This document shows positions 37,242 through 46,068 of a stretch of 64,000 bases of DNA, piece by piece. The position numbers were made by a program, and so were the translations under genes. This DNA is from a virus (taxonomy: Duplodnaviria; Caudoviricetes): the IMG/VR virus record IMGVR_UViG_3300014205_000172, positions 128,001 through 192,000 of that record, one strand, 5' to 3'. Under the pieces are notes generated by a model. It had not been told where the DNA came from. It was given only the letters and a program-made list of their open reading frames with translations, and did no database searches. Position 1 is the first letter of the stretch. Each line of letters opens with the position of its first letter.

Positions 37242-37502
37242 ATGACAACTCCAGAACTGGAAACGCTTCGTAAATTACTGACTGGTTTGCTTGAAGCCAA
37301 GTGTGTACAGATTGGGGCTGCAAGCGACACACTTGGCCAGGTGTCTAAACTGAGCGGTATTGCACTTACTCAAATCTCAATCCTCTACCTGGGTGACATG
37401 AATAAGCTGTCTATGTCAACCATTGTCGAGATCGGTCGTTTTACAAACACACGGTTGCGCTATACGGTTGTGGCCGAAGCGGAATCACAAGGGCAGAACT
37501 AA
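37242..37502 (+). CDS. XRE/HTH_37-like helix-turn-helix protein
   Basis: TLGQVSKLSGIALTQISIL..G..KLSMSTI pattern; GAGG SD. Confidence 0.6.
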   Translation: MTTPELETLRKLLTGLLEAKCVQIGAASDTLGQVSKLSGIALTQISILYLGDMNKLSMSTIVEIGRFTNTRLRYTVVAEAESQGQN

Positions 37503-37972
37503 TGTCATTTATCAATAACCAAACTGGCGCGCCTATCCAAGAGACATCAATCTTGCTGGAGGTCGGCGTGCCTACTGGCATCACCGGTCGGACTTACTTG
37601 CTCAACGATAGTCTGCGTAAGGCTATCAGAGCACTCCAGGGTAAGAAGGTGTATATGGAGATGGGCGTTCCAAAGAACGGCGGCCTATCGCGCCCTGACT
37701 GGGCCAGTACTGTAAACAACGAACGCGTCTGTGGCGAGGCAAGCAACATCCGCTTGATCGAAAGTCGCCAATCACCAGGGTTGGCTGTAATCATCGGCGA
37801 TATCAAACCCCACGGCCCGTTCGGCGTAGTAATGCGCGACACCATCACCGGCGCTGATCAGGCGCATAACCACTTCAGCATTCGCGCTGCATGTCAATTA
37901 CCCGATCCGGAGAACGCTGACATTTTGTCGATCAGGCATCTTTATACTTTCGATTTGATTGCCCGTAAGTAA
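37502..37972 (+). CDS. Degenerate prohead-protease (T4 gp21 / phiKZ gp175-like) paralogue
   Basis: GRTY, MEMGVP, ERVC, IKPHGPFG, FSIR, TFDLI follow the protease motif order; the His motifs are substituted. Confidence 0.6.
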   Translation: MSFINNQTGAPIQETSILLEVGVPTGITGRTYLLNDSLRKAIRALQGKKVYMEMGVPKNGGLSRPDWASTVNNERVCGEASNIRLIESRQSPGLAVIIGDIKPHGPFGVVMRDTITGADQAHNHFSIRAACQLPDPENADILSIRHLYTFDLIARK

Positions 37973-37980
37973 CATTTCTA

Positions 37981-38015
37981 GCATACAGGCAGGGCGTAAA
38001 TGCCCTGCCTGTATG
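37981..38015. repeat. Palindrome, right boundary copy of direct repeat
   Basis: GCATACAGGCAGGGCG-TAAA-TGCCCTGCCTGTATG. Confidence 0.9.
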
Positions 38016-38072
38016 TCGTAATAGTGACTTGATACCAAAACCCTATCAAGTATGTTTACCGCCTTGGGGGTT

Positions 38073-38717
38073 ATGATGAATAACGTATTTGAATTCCGTA
38101 AACCATTAAGCTCTGAGCCGGATGAAAATAAATACATCGTAGTTGAGGGTTATGGGACTTCATCAGAAGATTTTCTTTTGATGGACCACGCGATGCAAAT
38201 AGACCGGTTAAAGACGAAGTGTTGGCACCAGCGCGGTGCCGGAGAGCCATCTGGTATTCTGATTTACCGCTTGGTTAGTATTCTTGAACGTGTATTGATG
38301 GGTGTGATTCTTAGGCTCGATGAAACTGTCGGTCTTACGGTGGACACTAACGAGGTCGACAAAGATTGCTTCCGAGTCGGCGCTACCATCATGCGGTTGG
38401 ACGATATGCGCGCCGCCACCAAAACGGGTGACGCTTCGAGCGTTAAGGCGTGTGAAATCATCGTGTACTATCTGAACCTATCGGAAGAATCCCAAGATAC
38501 GAAATGGCGGTCAGAAATAACGGGTGTCGATGATCTACCGGCATCCTTTTTCAAGTCTAACAAACTACCTTACCCGAAGGTAGAGACTTTGATCAACAAC
38601 ATCAACCAACTGGTCAGTGAAAATGATGGTTTCGCTAAACTGGCCGGCACCCATTACGTAGCGGCGCTTCCTTTTAGCGGCGCGCGTTGCATAATGATCA
38701 CCTTAGAAGTCAACTAA
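38073..38717 (+). CDS. Hypothetical protein
   Basis: GGGGG SD; ~214 aa. Confidence 0.7.
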   Translation: MMNNVFEFRKPLSSEPDENKYIVVEGYGTSSEDFLLMDHAMQIDRLKTKCWHQRGAGEPSGILIYRLVSILERVLMGVILRLDETVGLTVDTNEVDKDCFRVGATIMRLDDMRAATKTGDASSVKACEIIVYYLNLSEESQDTKWRSEITGVDDLPASFFKSNKLPYPKVETLINNINQLVSENDGFAKLAGTHYVAALPFSGARCIMITLEVN

Positions 38718-38730
38718 CCGGAGTATTGTA

Positions 38731-39864
38731 ATGCCCCTGATTATTACCGATAATGACACCAACTACTTGGTGCAGGATATCAACCTCGCTCGTAAGGTTG
38801 AGGCCCTGCCACCCGCTGTTTATAACCTGGTGATGTCCGAAGAAGGCCCTCGGTTGTTTAAAGGCCGTACCAAGTTCGATATTCCAAAAGACCCGCTGGG
38901 TGATCACAACACCATTCGCGATCTGATCATCAGCGACTACAACAGCACAACCTCGCCTGTCGGCGTGATCTTGGTCGGTCTGAAAGGTTCTGGTAAAACC
39001 ATGCTGTCAGAAGATCTCTGCAATCTGGTCATCGACTCCGGCCGCTGCATCCTCAATATCACTACGCCGCTGTCAGGCAGTCTGATCTCCACCATCATCA
39101 ATCTGCTAGGCCCATGCGCCGTAATGTTCGACGAGTTCGGTAAAGTGTATTCCGAAAGCGAAGAACGTAACAGCGTACTGACGTTGTTCAGCGACAGTGA
39201 AAAGCGTAACATCCTGTTCATCGTCACAGCCAACAGCGAACGTGAATTTGTTGACGCCATGCTGAACCGCCCAGGTCGTTTCAAATACCGTATCAACTAC
39301 GACGGTATCAAAGAAGCCACCATCATCGAAGCGTTGGCCAACCCGAAGCACAGCCCTGAACTGGTGGAATACCTTCGCATGTATTCGCAGTACCACGCCA
39401 TCAGCTTCGACATGCTGCTTCTGATGAAGAAGCTGTTGGCCAAGTGCGTAACGCCCGCGGACTTCGTCAACAAGATCGAATTCTACAACCTGCCGGCCAA
39501 AGTCAATGTCCGTTACACCGTTAAGGACGTGACGTACAACAACAGCACCACTGATTATCGCGGATGGTTGGATCAGAGCGAAGAAGGTCTGCTGACCCTG
39601 GAACTGACCGAAAACAAAACTGGTGCCGTGGTCTACAGCCAACCGCTGGTGTGGGCGACGGTTGATAAAGTCAAGCGTGGCATTGTCTGGCAGCTGAAAA
39701 TTGACGAGGGTCTGAAGATCAGCGTCGAACGTGATGTTACTGAGCATGTATTTAAAGTACGTGCTCGCGATGCCACCGGCGGGAACAAACATCACTTCAG
39801 CCATCCGGATGAAGATATCGAGTATAAGAACCCCGGGTATCCGCAATCAGTCAAGCAGTTCTAA
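38731..39864 (+). CDS. AAA+ ATPase
   Basis: GLKGSGKT, VMFDEF, TAN, NRPGRF motifs. Confidence 0.9.
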   Translation: MPLIITDNDTNYLVQDINLARKVEALPPAVYNLVMSEEGPRLFKGRTKFDIPKDPLGDHNTIRDLIISDYNSTTSPVGVILVGLKGSGKTMLSEDLCNLVIDSGRCILNITTPLSGSLISTIINLLGPCAVMFDEFGKVYSESEERNSVLTLFSDSEKRNILFIVTANSEREFVDAMLNRPGRFKYRINYDGIKEATIIEALANPKHSPELVEYLRMYSQYHAISFDMLLLMKKLLAKCVTPADFVNKIEFYNLPAKVNVRYTVKDVTYNNSTTDYRGWLDQSEEGLLTLELTENKTGAVVYSQPLVWATVDKVKRGIVWQLKIDEGLKISVERDVTEHVFKVRARDATGGNKHHFSHPDEDIEYKNPGYPQSVKQF

Positions 39865-39874
39865 TCAAAAAAGA

Positions 39875-39890
39875 AGCAGTAATACATCAT
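39875..39890 (+). promoter_or_regulatory. Putative phage early promoter
   Basis: AGCAGTAA-TACATCAT. Confidence 0.6.
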
Positions 39891-39927
39891 TGCTTCGATA
39901 ACCACCCCGTCCTACTTTGGAGTTACC

Positions 39928-40236
39928 ATGACGACTGTTACCATCCAGAAACCTACCGATCTCCTGCAATTCGTCGACAGCATCAAACACGACTTCTTCA
40001 ACGAAGGTCTGCAAACCGGCCTGAAAACCCGCGTAACCTTCTTCGTCGAGGAAGGTCCGGAGTCCGTGATCACCACCATGCTCAACAAGCCGGTCACCGA
40101 CCACGTTCATCACATGAACGCCAACGTAGTTATGGCGCTTGACGAAGCCATCGTCCGCATCCGTGAACAAGACGGCATGCAGTTCGAAGACACCGTCATC
40201 GTCCTGTCCGAAGAGCTGCAAGCTCAAGACGACTAA
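39928..40236 (+). CDS. Acidic hypothetical protein, likely highly expressed early
   Basis: GGAG SD; strong codon bias; own promoter and terminator. Confidence 0.85.
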   Translation: MTTVTIQKPTDLLQFVDSIKHDFFNEGLQTGLKTRVTFFVEEGPESVITTMLNKPVTDHVHHMNANVVMALDEAIVRIREQDGMQFEDTVIVLSEELQAQDD

Positions 40237-40243
40237 CTGTAGT

Positions 40244-40277
40244 GCGGCCAGCGGGTTTTTACTCGCTGGCCGTATGC
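40244..40277 (+). terminator. Hairpin ending in TATG
   Basis: GCGGCCAGCGGGT-TTTT-ACTCGCTGGCCGTATGC. Confidence 0.7.
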
Positions 40278-40308
40278 CGCTTCATTCACTCATTGGGAGA
40301 ACCACCCT

Positions 40309-40671
40309 ATGTCCTTTTATCGCTTCGTCGCTAATGTAGGTGCCGCTACTGCCATCTACGCGGTCGGTTACTACATGGGCAAGGTTGCCGCTAAGTCTGA
40401 AGAACCTATCGCTTCAGCGGTGGCGTTTCACCATCTGCAGACTGAAAGCTATCGTGAGCTGCACGATCAGTTCGAAGAACTGCTGAATGAGCCGGAAACT
40501 ATCCTGGGTCAAGTCCAGGAAGAGATCGGTAAAATGAAAGAACTGTTCAAAGCGTATTTGGATGGTATCGATCCGGTTGCCGGTTCGCGCGAACAGCGTG
40601 AAGCTGTCGTTAAAGAACTCAAGAAGTTCACCGCCCAAGTCAATAAGCTGAAGAAGGCTGCCGGAAAATGA
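40309..40671 (+). CDS. Membrane-anchored helical protein
   Basis: N-terminal hydrophobic segment, then coiled coil. Confidence 0.75.
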   Translation: MSFYRFVANVGAATAIYAVGYYMGKVAAKSEEPIASAVAFHHLQTESYRELHDQFEELLNEPETILGQVQEEIGKMKELFKAYLDGIDPVAGSREQREAVVKELKKFTAQVNKLKKAAGK

Positions 40672-41000
40672 AACCAGTGCTGTTTATTTTAATGATGCTT
40701 GTGTCAGTTATGTCGCAAGCATCGTTGCCTTCTAACATGCACACTGTCACTGAAGATGATTGTGTGAAAAGTGAGGAGGTTATCCAGGGGGCTATCAACG
40801 CCCGTGGCGAAATTGATTACGAAACTGTAATCGTGGTGTTAGGCAGACCTGAATACAAAAAGATGGATGGCCTTACCGACATGCTCCCCATGACTAAGGA
40901 CTATCTGAAAAAGGTATTCTTTGAGAACATGTCTAATACGGACGAGTTCTGGCGCAGCTGCATGCAGAAAGTAGGTACTCAAATACCTCGCCAACTTTGA
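40668..41000 (+). CDS. Secreted/periplasmic protein
   Basis: Signal peptide MKPVLFILMMLVSVMSQA; Cys pair. Confidence 0.75.
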   Translation: MKPVLFILMMLVSVMSQASLPSNMHTVTEDDCVKSEEVIQGAINARGEIDYETVIVVLGRPEYKKMDGLTDMLPMTKDYLKKVFFENMSNTDEFWRSCMQKVGTQIPRQL

Positions 41001-41005
41001 CCCAT

Positions 41006-41050
41006 CCGCGGGGGCTTCGGCCTTCGCGGGTCTTTTCTAATTCTTTTTTT
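41006..41050 (+). terminator. Intrinsic terminator
   Basis: CCGCGGGGGC-TTCG-GCCTTCGCGG plus T-rich tail. Confidence 0.8.
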
Positions 41051-41063
41051 AGGAGTGATTTAA

Positions 41064-41567
41064 ATGACACAGTTTAAAGTAGCACTCGTTGAGCAATCTC
41101 TTGGTGTTCCTTATCTGTACACCTGCATCAAGTTTGATTCGTCCACCGATCTGTTTTGTTTGGTTGAGGGCGATACGTTCACAGACGCCTTGAACCGCGA
41201 TCTGGAGTTCCGTCCATTCTATCCACCGATCGAACTGGGTCTACGATCTGGAAGCGTCAGTGAGAAAACAAGTAGCATCATGAGCATCAATCCATTTGAT
41301 CGCCCTAACCTCCTGGGGTTCAAACTAACCCAAGAGCAGATCTGTGAGATGATCGTATTACCTGTTCCTGCATTGGGCGACGATCACTTCATTGTGTTCT
41401 GCAGCAACATGAAGCTGATCTACAAGAACCTGTACGGTGGCCTCACACAGCTGCCTATCAACCTCGCTCAGGCGTGTGATGTCTCTATCAACCCTACGCG
41501 TAGCCTGATGGCGATGTCGGGCTTCGGTGAGATCATAGGCGTCTTGGCTGACGCTGAACTGCTCTAA
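41064..41567 (+). CDS. Hypothetical protein
   Basis: AGGAG SD; 167 aa. Confidence 0.75.
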   Translation: MTQFKVALVEQSLGVPYLYTCIKFDSSTDLFCLVEGDTFTDALNRDLEFRPFYPPIELGLRSGSVSEKTSSIMSINPFDRPNLLGFKLTQEQICEMIVLPVPALGDDHFIVFCSNMKLIYKNLYGGLTQLPINLAQACDVSINPTRSLMAMSGFGEIIGVLADAELL

Positions 41568-41577
41568 GGAGAAGATC

Positions 41578-42042
41578 ATGACTTTTGTAAAACACCAAGG
41601 TATCGACCCACGAATTGATTATTGGGTGGACGTTGATCGCGATGCCCTGACTGTGGTTGTGAACGCTAGCGATGTAGAAGTGGCGATCATGTTTTATTCA
41701 GATCCTGACACCGTTCCAAAGGAACAGATCCTGAAAGAAATGCAGGACCTTTATGCTGACCGCCCAGTCAGTTTCTCTAAGGACACTGACAAGTATCAGG
41801 CAGCTCTCAGGAAAATGGGTTATGGCGTGATTCCACACGAGGAAAGGGTCCGTCAGAAAGAAATCATCCTAGTGGGTGCCGCTAACTATAACCTTTACGC
41901 TAACCATTTCCTTACAGGTGGCGAACCTACTCAGTTCCGAACAGTTCTGAAAGTACGCCCCCTCGAACCGCGCCGACCACCGCCGGTAAGCCCAACTGGC
42001 GTTAACCGTCAGGGTAAACCTGCCAAACACTGGCAACGTTAA
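41578..42042 (+). CDS. Hypothetical protein with basic GKP.K.WQR tail
   Basis: AAGGAG SD; 154 aa. Confidence 0.75.
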   Translation: MTFVKHQGIDPRIDYWVDVDRDALTVVVNASDVEVAIMFYSDPDTVPKEQILKEMQDLYADRPVSFSKDTDKYQAALRKMGYGVIPHEERVRQKEIILVGAANYNLYANHFLTGGEPTQFRTVLKVRPLEPRRPPPVSPTGVNRQGKPAKHWQR

Positions 42043-42185
42043 TGACGGGCCTCAAACGACACCTGGCCTTCTTAGCGTTATCTCTGTCGATCGCTGCCAT
42101 CAAATACGAGAGCACATCTAAGAAGCGCCCCAAGTTCGGGGACAAAGGACGCACCGGTAAACCGCTGAAAGGTTGGCAGAAGTAA
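42042..42185 (+). CDS. 47-aa peptide with GKP.K.WQK tail (not in ORF track)
   Basis: TAATG coupling; MTGLKRHLAFLALSLSIAAIKYESTSKKRPKFGDKGRTGKPLKGWQK. Confidence 0.65.
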   Translation: MTGLKRHLAFLALSLSIAAIKYESTSKKRPKFGDKGRTGKPLKGWQK

Positions 42186-42191
42186 ACCTCT

Positions 42192-42207
42192 GTGAGTCCT
42201 ACATTAC
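42192..42207 (+). promoter_or_regulatory. Putative phage early promoter
   Basis: GTGAGTCC-TACATTAC. Confidence 0.5.
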
Positions 42208-42241
42208 TTACTAGACATATGCTCATTAAGGGAGGTGTGAA

Positions 42242-42832
42242 ATGTTAAGTCTTGAATCACGACGGTACATTAAAGATGCATCCGCGCGTTTTGATGTTAT
42301 CGTCAATGTGATTAAACAACAGCTGGTGGAAAAGCCGTCAGAGTTTTGGGAGGCTGTTGCTTACGCCCTGGAAGATTATCGTAACCATGTCCATGGCGCA
42401 TGGCTGACCAATACGGTTCTTGAAATCGGGGATGGTACAACTGAGGTTTGTTGTTCGGTCTGCAGCATCCTGGTTACCTGTGACGACCCAAAGAAAGTAG
42501 TTGAGTATCGGTATTCCAGTCTGGCTGTGCCTCACCTTATACAGCCGTTTACGGAAGCCGCCATCAGAAAGGTTGATGAAGAAGTCGCCGCACAGTCTTT
42601 TATTAACAGGCAGCCGATGGGGCGGATCTGGTGGACGGGTGTCAAGCGGTTGCTTGGAAAAGGTTGGGTTGCCTCCGTTTATAATTTCGACCCAGAAAGT
42701 CGCAAGCTGACCACTCAGCTCTTGAGCCCCTGCAAGTTGAAGCTTATTACAGTTGTCCTCGACTATGCGGTAATCGCTGAAGAAAGTGAGTGGCTTCACG
42801 AAGCAGTAACAAAAAAGGATACCGAACAATGA
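42242..42832 (+). CDS. Hypothetical protein
   Basis: GGAGG SD; 196 aa. Confidence 0.8.
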   Translation: MLSLESRRYIKDASARFDVIVNVIKQQLVEKPSEFWEAVAYALEDYRNHVHGAWLTNTVLEIGDGTTEVCCSVCSILVTCDDPKKVVEYRYSSLAVPHLIQPFTEAAIRKVDEEVAAQSFINRQPMGRIWWTGVKRLLGKGWVASVYNFDPESRKLTTQLLSPCKLKLITVVLDYAVIAEESEWLHEAVTKKDTEQ

Positions 42833-43356
42833 TCACAGTAACTCAAAATCGCAACAAAGGCGGTGGGGACGTTTACAACAGCGAGCAGTCGTGGACGTTA
42901 AGTAAGTCGCTTAACGTACTCATTAGCTGCGAGCTGGGCTTCGGCGGGCAGTTGATGGAAGTCACGCCAACGCGTGTTGTTGTACAGACTGATGTCATGG
43001 GCTGTATTGACATCACGATCTTCGAAGGTACTGAAGAAGCAATGGTCATGCTCGTTAAGACGGCGCACATTGCTAACCACGTCCGTCATCTTTCCATGTC
43101 GACTGATAACATTAACCACATTGCTAAAAACCTTGTGGACTTCTCCGAAGGTAGTCCTGCTGTTATTGCAATGGCCGCCGGTATGTTCATCGGCGCGGGT
43201 ATTGTTAAAGGTACTATCATCGCGTTACTTGCGGGTGACGATGAGTCTGTACTACCGCAGCTCAGTGCTTTCAGTAAAGACATGTTGCTGACCCTGCTGG
43301 AACTGCATATCGAAAGCAACGTGTCTTGCCGAGAGTTAATCGAGCTGGCTTCTTAG
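42829..43356 (+). CDS. Hypothetical protein
   Basis: ATGA overlap; AAGGA SD. Confidence 0.75.
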   Translation: MITVTQNRNKGGGDVYNSEQSWTLSKSLNVLISCELGFGGQLMEVTPTRVVVQTDVMGCIDITIFEGTEEAMVMLVKTAHIANHVRHLSMSTDNINHIAKNLVDFSEGSPAVIAMAAGMFIGAGIVKGTIIALLAGDDESVLPQLSAFSKDMLLTLLELHIESNVSCRELIELAS

Positions 43357-43368
43357 AAGGAATGAAGC

Positions 43369-43695
43369 ATGACCATTCGCAACGTAACGGTCACTAAACG
43401 TGAGCCGGTAGAAGCGCTTGAAATCGAGATCGAACTGCGTGGCACCAACCGAGCCGGTAAGACCCTGATCGCAGCCATGATTCAAGAAGCCCTCGAACAT
43501 GCTGGCTTTAAAGACGTAACAATTATTTCCGCTGACGGTGATGCTGAAAAGACCCGTCGTCGTTTACCTCGTGTTGATCTTCGTGATCAGCGTTGCTGCA
43601 ATACCACCATCCGCATCCTGGATGAGAACAAACCAATCACTATCAAGAAAACGCTTCTTGAGAAGTTGGTAACCAGCTTATCCTCTAGTCGTTAA
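43369..43695 (+). CDS. Small protein with P-loop-like GTNRAGKT
   Basis: beta-strand/GxxxxGKT/helix pattern; only 108 aa. Confidence 0.65.
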   Translation: MTIRNVTVTKREPVEALEIEIELRGTNRAGKTLIAAMIQEALEHAGFKDVTIISADGDAEKTRRRLPRVDLRDQRCCNTTIRILDENKPITIKKTLLEKLVTSLSSSR

Positions 43696-43800
43696 GCTCG
43701 AACAATACCCTTTTAAACATTCCTGCTGATTCGTATACCTTCATCATCAACAAGAAGGCTGCGGCTATTTCTCACGCGGCTTTATGTAAGTGAGGTTATC

Positions 43801-44136
43801 ATGGCTACTCTTTCTGTTACCGTCGCCAATGGCGAAGAGTTGGTAAGAAAGGCTTTAGAAAACTTCCGTCAGAACGACTACCTGACGCGTGCTCATGTGG
43901 CAGAGTTCATCGAAAAGATGGGCGAGAACAAAAGCGATGTGATTCAACTCCATCACGGCACCGTGCAGCATCCAGGTGATCTGTTCCGTGATGAGGTGGT
44001 CCTCATGAATGAAGGTGTGGTCTTGCACAGGGTCCCTATCGGCGACTATTATCGCAAGCAAGAACGTCCTGTAACCAATAAACCAGAATGGTCTAAAGAG
44101 ATCAACTGGGATCGTAAATTTAAGGATGGTAAATGA
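43801..44136 (+). CDS. Hypothetical protein
   Basis: GAGG SD; 111 aa. Confidence 0.75.
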   Translation: MATLSVTVANGEELVRKALENFRQNDYLTRAHVAEFIEKMGENKSDVIQLHHGTVQHPGDLFRDEVVLMNEGVVLHRVPIGDYYRKQERPVTNKPEWSKEINWDRKFKDGK

Positions 44137-44435
44137 TGTCCCTGAGCAAACAATTGAAGATCTTCAACAAAGCCATGATGTCTAAACACATCGCGTTGAA
44201 GAAGGCGGGCGTCAACGTCCTGACCATCAGTGAAGAAGAGCTGCTTAACCGCATCGCTGACCTGTTGATGAACGTCGAGAACGAACCTGACTGGATGGTG
44301 ACTCTCGCGCTGTACGCCTTCGCCTCCAGCAAGTCTGAGTTTGCACCGGCTCAGCTGATCGCTCAACACATGGCCAGCGCGGCCAGCGATGTGGACGACG
44401 CCATTGCACTGCCTGATGATGAGGTCCTTAAATGA
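44133..44435 (+). CDS. Hypothetical protein
   Basis: Coupled ORF; 100 aa. Confidence 0.75.
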   Translation: MMSLSKQLKIFNKAMMSKHIALKKAGVNVLTISEEELLNRIADLLMNVENEPDWMVTLALYAFASSKSEFAPAQLIAQHMASAASDVDDAIALPDDEVLK

Positions 44436-44722
44436 CGGAAGTTACACCAGGGGCTGAAACGGTTCGTTCCGGTCGCGGTTTAAAATTTCTTCATGGATTA
44501 CTTGAAGATTTGACCAACGAGGGAACCGAACAAAGTACATCGGTCGTTGGCTGGTTGTCAGTAGTCCTCTACCCATCCGATCCGGATGAGGAAAACCCTC
44601 GGGATCTGACTTACCTGTTGATGAAGTCAACATCTCCAGATGGTCGGTGGCGGTACGTATTGGACATCACCTTCCCTGATTCTGATGAAACCATCACCAT
44701 CAAATCAATCCGCAGTAAATAG
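44432..44722 (+). CDS. Hypothetical protein
   Basis: Coupled ORF; 96 aa. Confidence 0.7.
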   Translation: MTEVTPGAETVRSGRGLKFLHGLLEDLTNEGTEQSTSVVGWLSVVLYPSDPDEENPRDLTYLLMKSTSPDGRWRYVLDITFPDSDETITIKSIRSK

Positions 44723-44733
44723 AGGCTACTTCC

Positions 44734-45021
44734 ATGTCAGTTAAAGTTTCGTTTGACCGCGAAGTCATCATGACCGTAGTGGGCGAATTGGGCTGTGCTC
44801 AACTCAACCTCTATCTGTTGGAAAACCCAACCGCTGCGCACGAGTATCTTCAGGACGGTCTGGAGTTGCTGCTGATCGCTGACCAGAGCGGTGAGACGTT
44901 GAAGAACTGTGAGGCTTTGCTTGTAAAGGAAACCTACCCAGATAGCACTTACCGCATGGCGGTGCTTGTCAACATCGAGGGTGGTTCCAGCATCGGCATC
45001 TACGCCCCATTCGAGAAGTAA
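44734..45021 (+). CDS. Hypothetical acidic protein
   Basis: GAGG SD; 95 aa. Confidence 0.7.
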   Translation: MSVKVSFDREVIMTVVGELGCAQLNLYLLENPTAAHEYLQDGLELLLIADQSGETLKNCEALLVKETYPDSTYRMAVLVNIEGGSSIGIYAPFEK

Positions 45022-45028
45022 CAACATA

Positions 45029-45070
45029 GCGCCCACGGACAAGCCGTGAGCGTTTACCTTTTGTATTTTT
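45029..45070 (+). terminator. Intrinsic terminator
   Basis: GCGCCCACGG-ACAAG-CCGTGAGCGT plus T-rich tail. Confidence 0.6.
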
Positions 45071-45082
45071 GAGTAAGTCACG

Positions 45083-45661
45083 ATGTATAATGCCTCTACC
45101 GCAATGGAGCGCTTAGCGCTAATTTTTGCATTCCACTCTGACCGTAAAGAACTCAAGAAGATCATTACACGGTTCCGTAAGTACTGCTGCAATCAGGTCC
45201 GTGACGATATCATCAAACCCATTCTGGATGCCGAAGACTACAGCGAGCATTTCGAATACCTCGAATCCCTCTACGCTCAGTTTAAAGTCCTGGGCGAGAA
45301 GTTTGCAGAAGAAGGTCATCCCGCTATGGTTGTGGTCGGCGATGATGCATATCCCGTCCAGATCACGCTGATGAACTCAAAACAGCGGATGTTGATGTAC
45401 GAAGGCCTCACCACCGAGAAGGCTAGTGAAGAAATTAAGCAAGATCGGTTCTGGGCGCTCAACAACGAATATGAACTGCAGTTGTCTGCAGGTCATTCGG
45501 TAATGAACGTTCTCGGCCTCGATCTGCTGTACTTCAAAGTACAGTTGTTTGAAAGCAAAGGCTTCTCTGGCACTATTGCCGATCTGGGCGTGCAGCGCGT
45601 TGAAGGCGCCGCTATTCACAAACCTGGACAATCATCCTACATTCAAGGGGATCGGGTATGA
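45083..45661 (+). CDS. Hypothetical protein
   Basis: 192-aa ORF. Confidence 0.75.
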   Translation: MYNASTAMERLALIFAFHSDRKELKKIITRFRKYCCNQVRDDIIKPILDAEDYSEHFEYLESLYAQFKVLGEKFAEEGHPAMVVVGDDAYPVQITLMNSKQRMLMYEGLTTEKASEEIKQDRFWALNNEYELQLSAGHSVMNVLGLDLLYFKVQLFESKGFSGTIADLGVQRVEGAAIHKPGQSSYIQGDRV

Positions 45662-46068
45662 GCAACGAAGCTGAAGAATCATTGTCTCTGACTCTGGAAC
45701 AGGAGCTGAAACTCATCAGCCATGCCTACGCCGGCACTAGCGATATCGAAGCCAAAGAAGAACTGGAAGAGATGCGCGACTTGATCAAGCACTCCCCTCC
45801 CGATGATCCTGCGCGTAAACGTGCAGAACGTAACCTTCCGAAGCTGGAAGAGTACATCGATCTCTACAACCGGCGTGCGGTTTACGGCGTAGCTCAGGTG
45901 ATCGACTTACCTAAGCTTCAAACCATCAGTCGCGCCGAGCGGGGTTCTTTGACAGACCGAAAACCACACATCACTGTCATCAATGAAGTGCATTTCCATG
46001 ACCTTGCACCGGGTAGTAAAGAGCCAGTCAGCGATGTCTTCAAAGCATTCTTTGAGGGTAAGAAATGA
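45658..46068 (+). CDS. Hypothetical protein
   Basis: ATGA overlap; 136 aa. Confidence 0.75.
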   Translation: MSNEAEESLSLTLEQELKLISHAYAGTSDIEAKEELEEMRDLIKHSPPDDPARKRAERNLPKLEEYIDLYNRRAVYGVAQVIDLPKLQTISRAERGSLTDRKPHITVINEVHFHDLAPGSKEPVSDVFKAFFEGKK

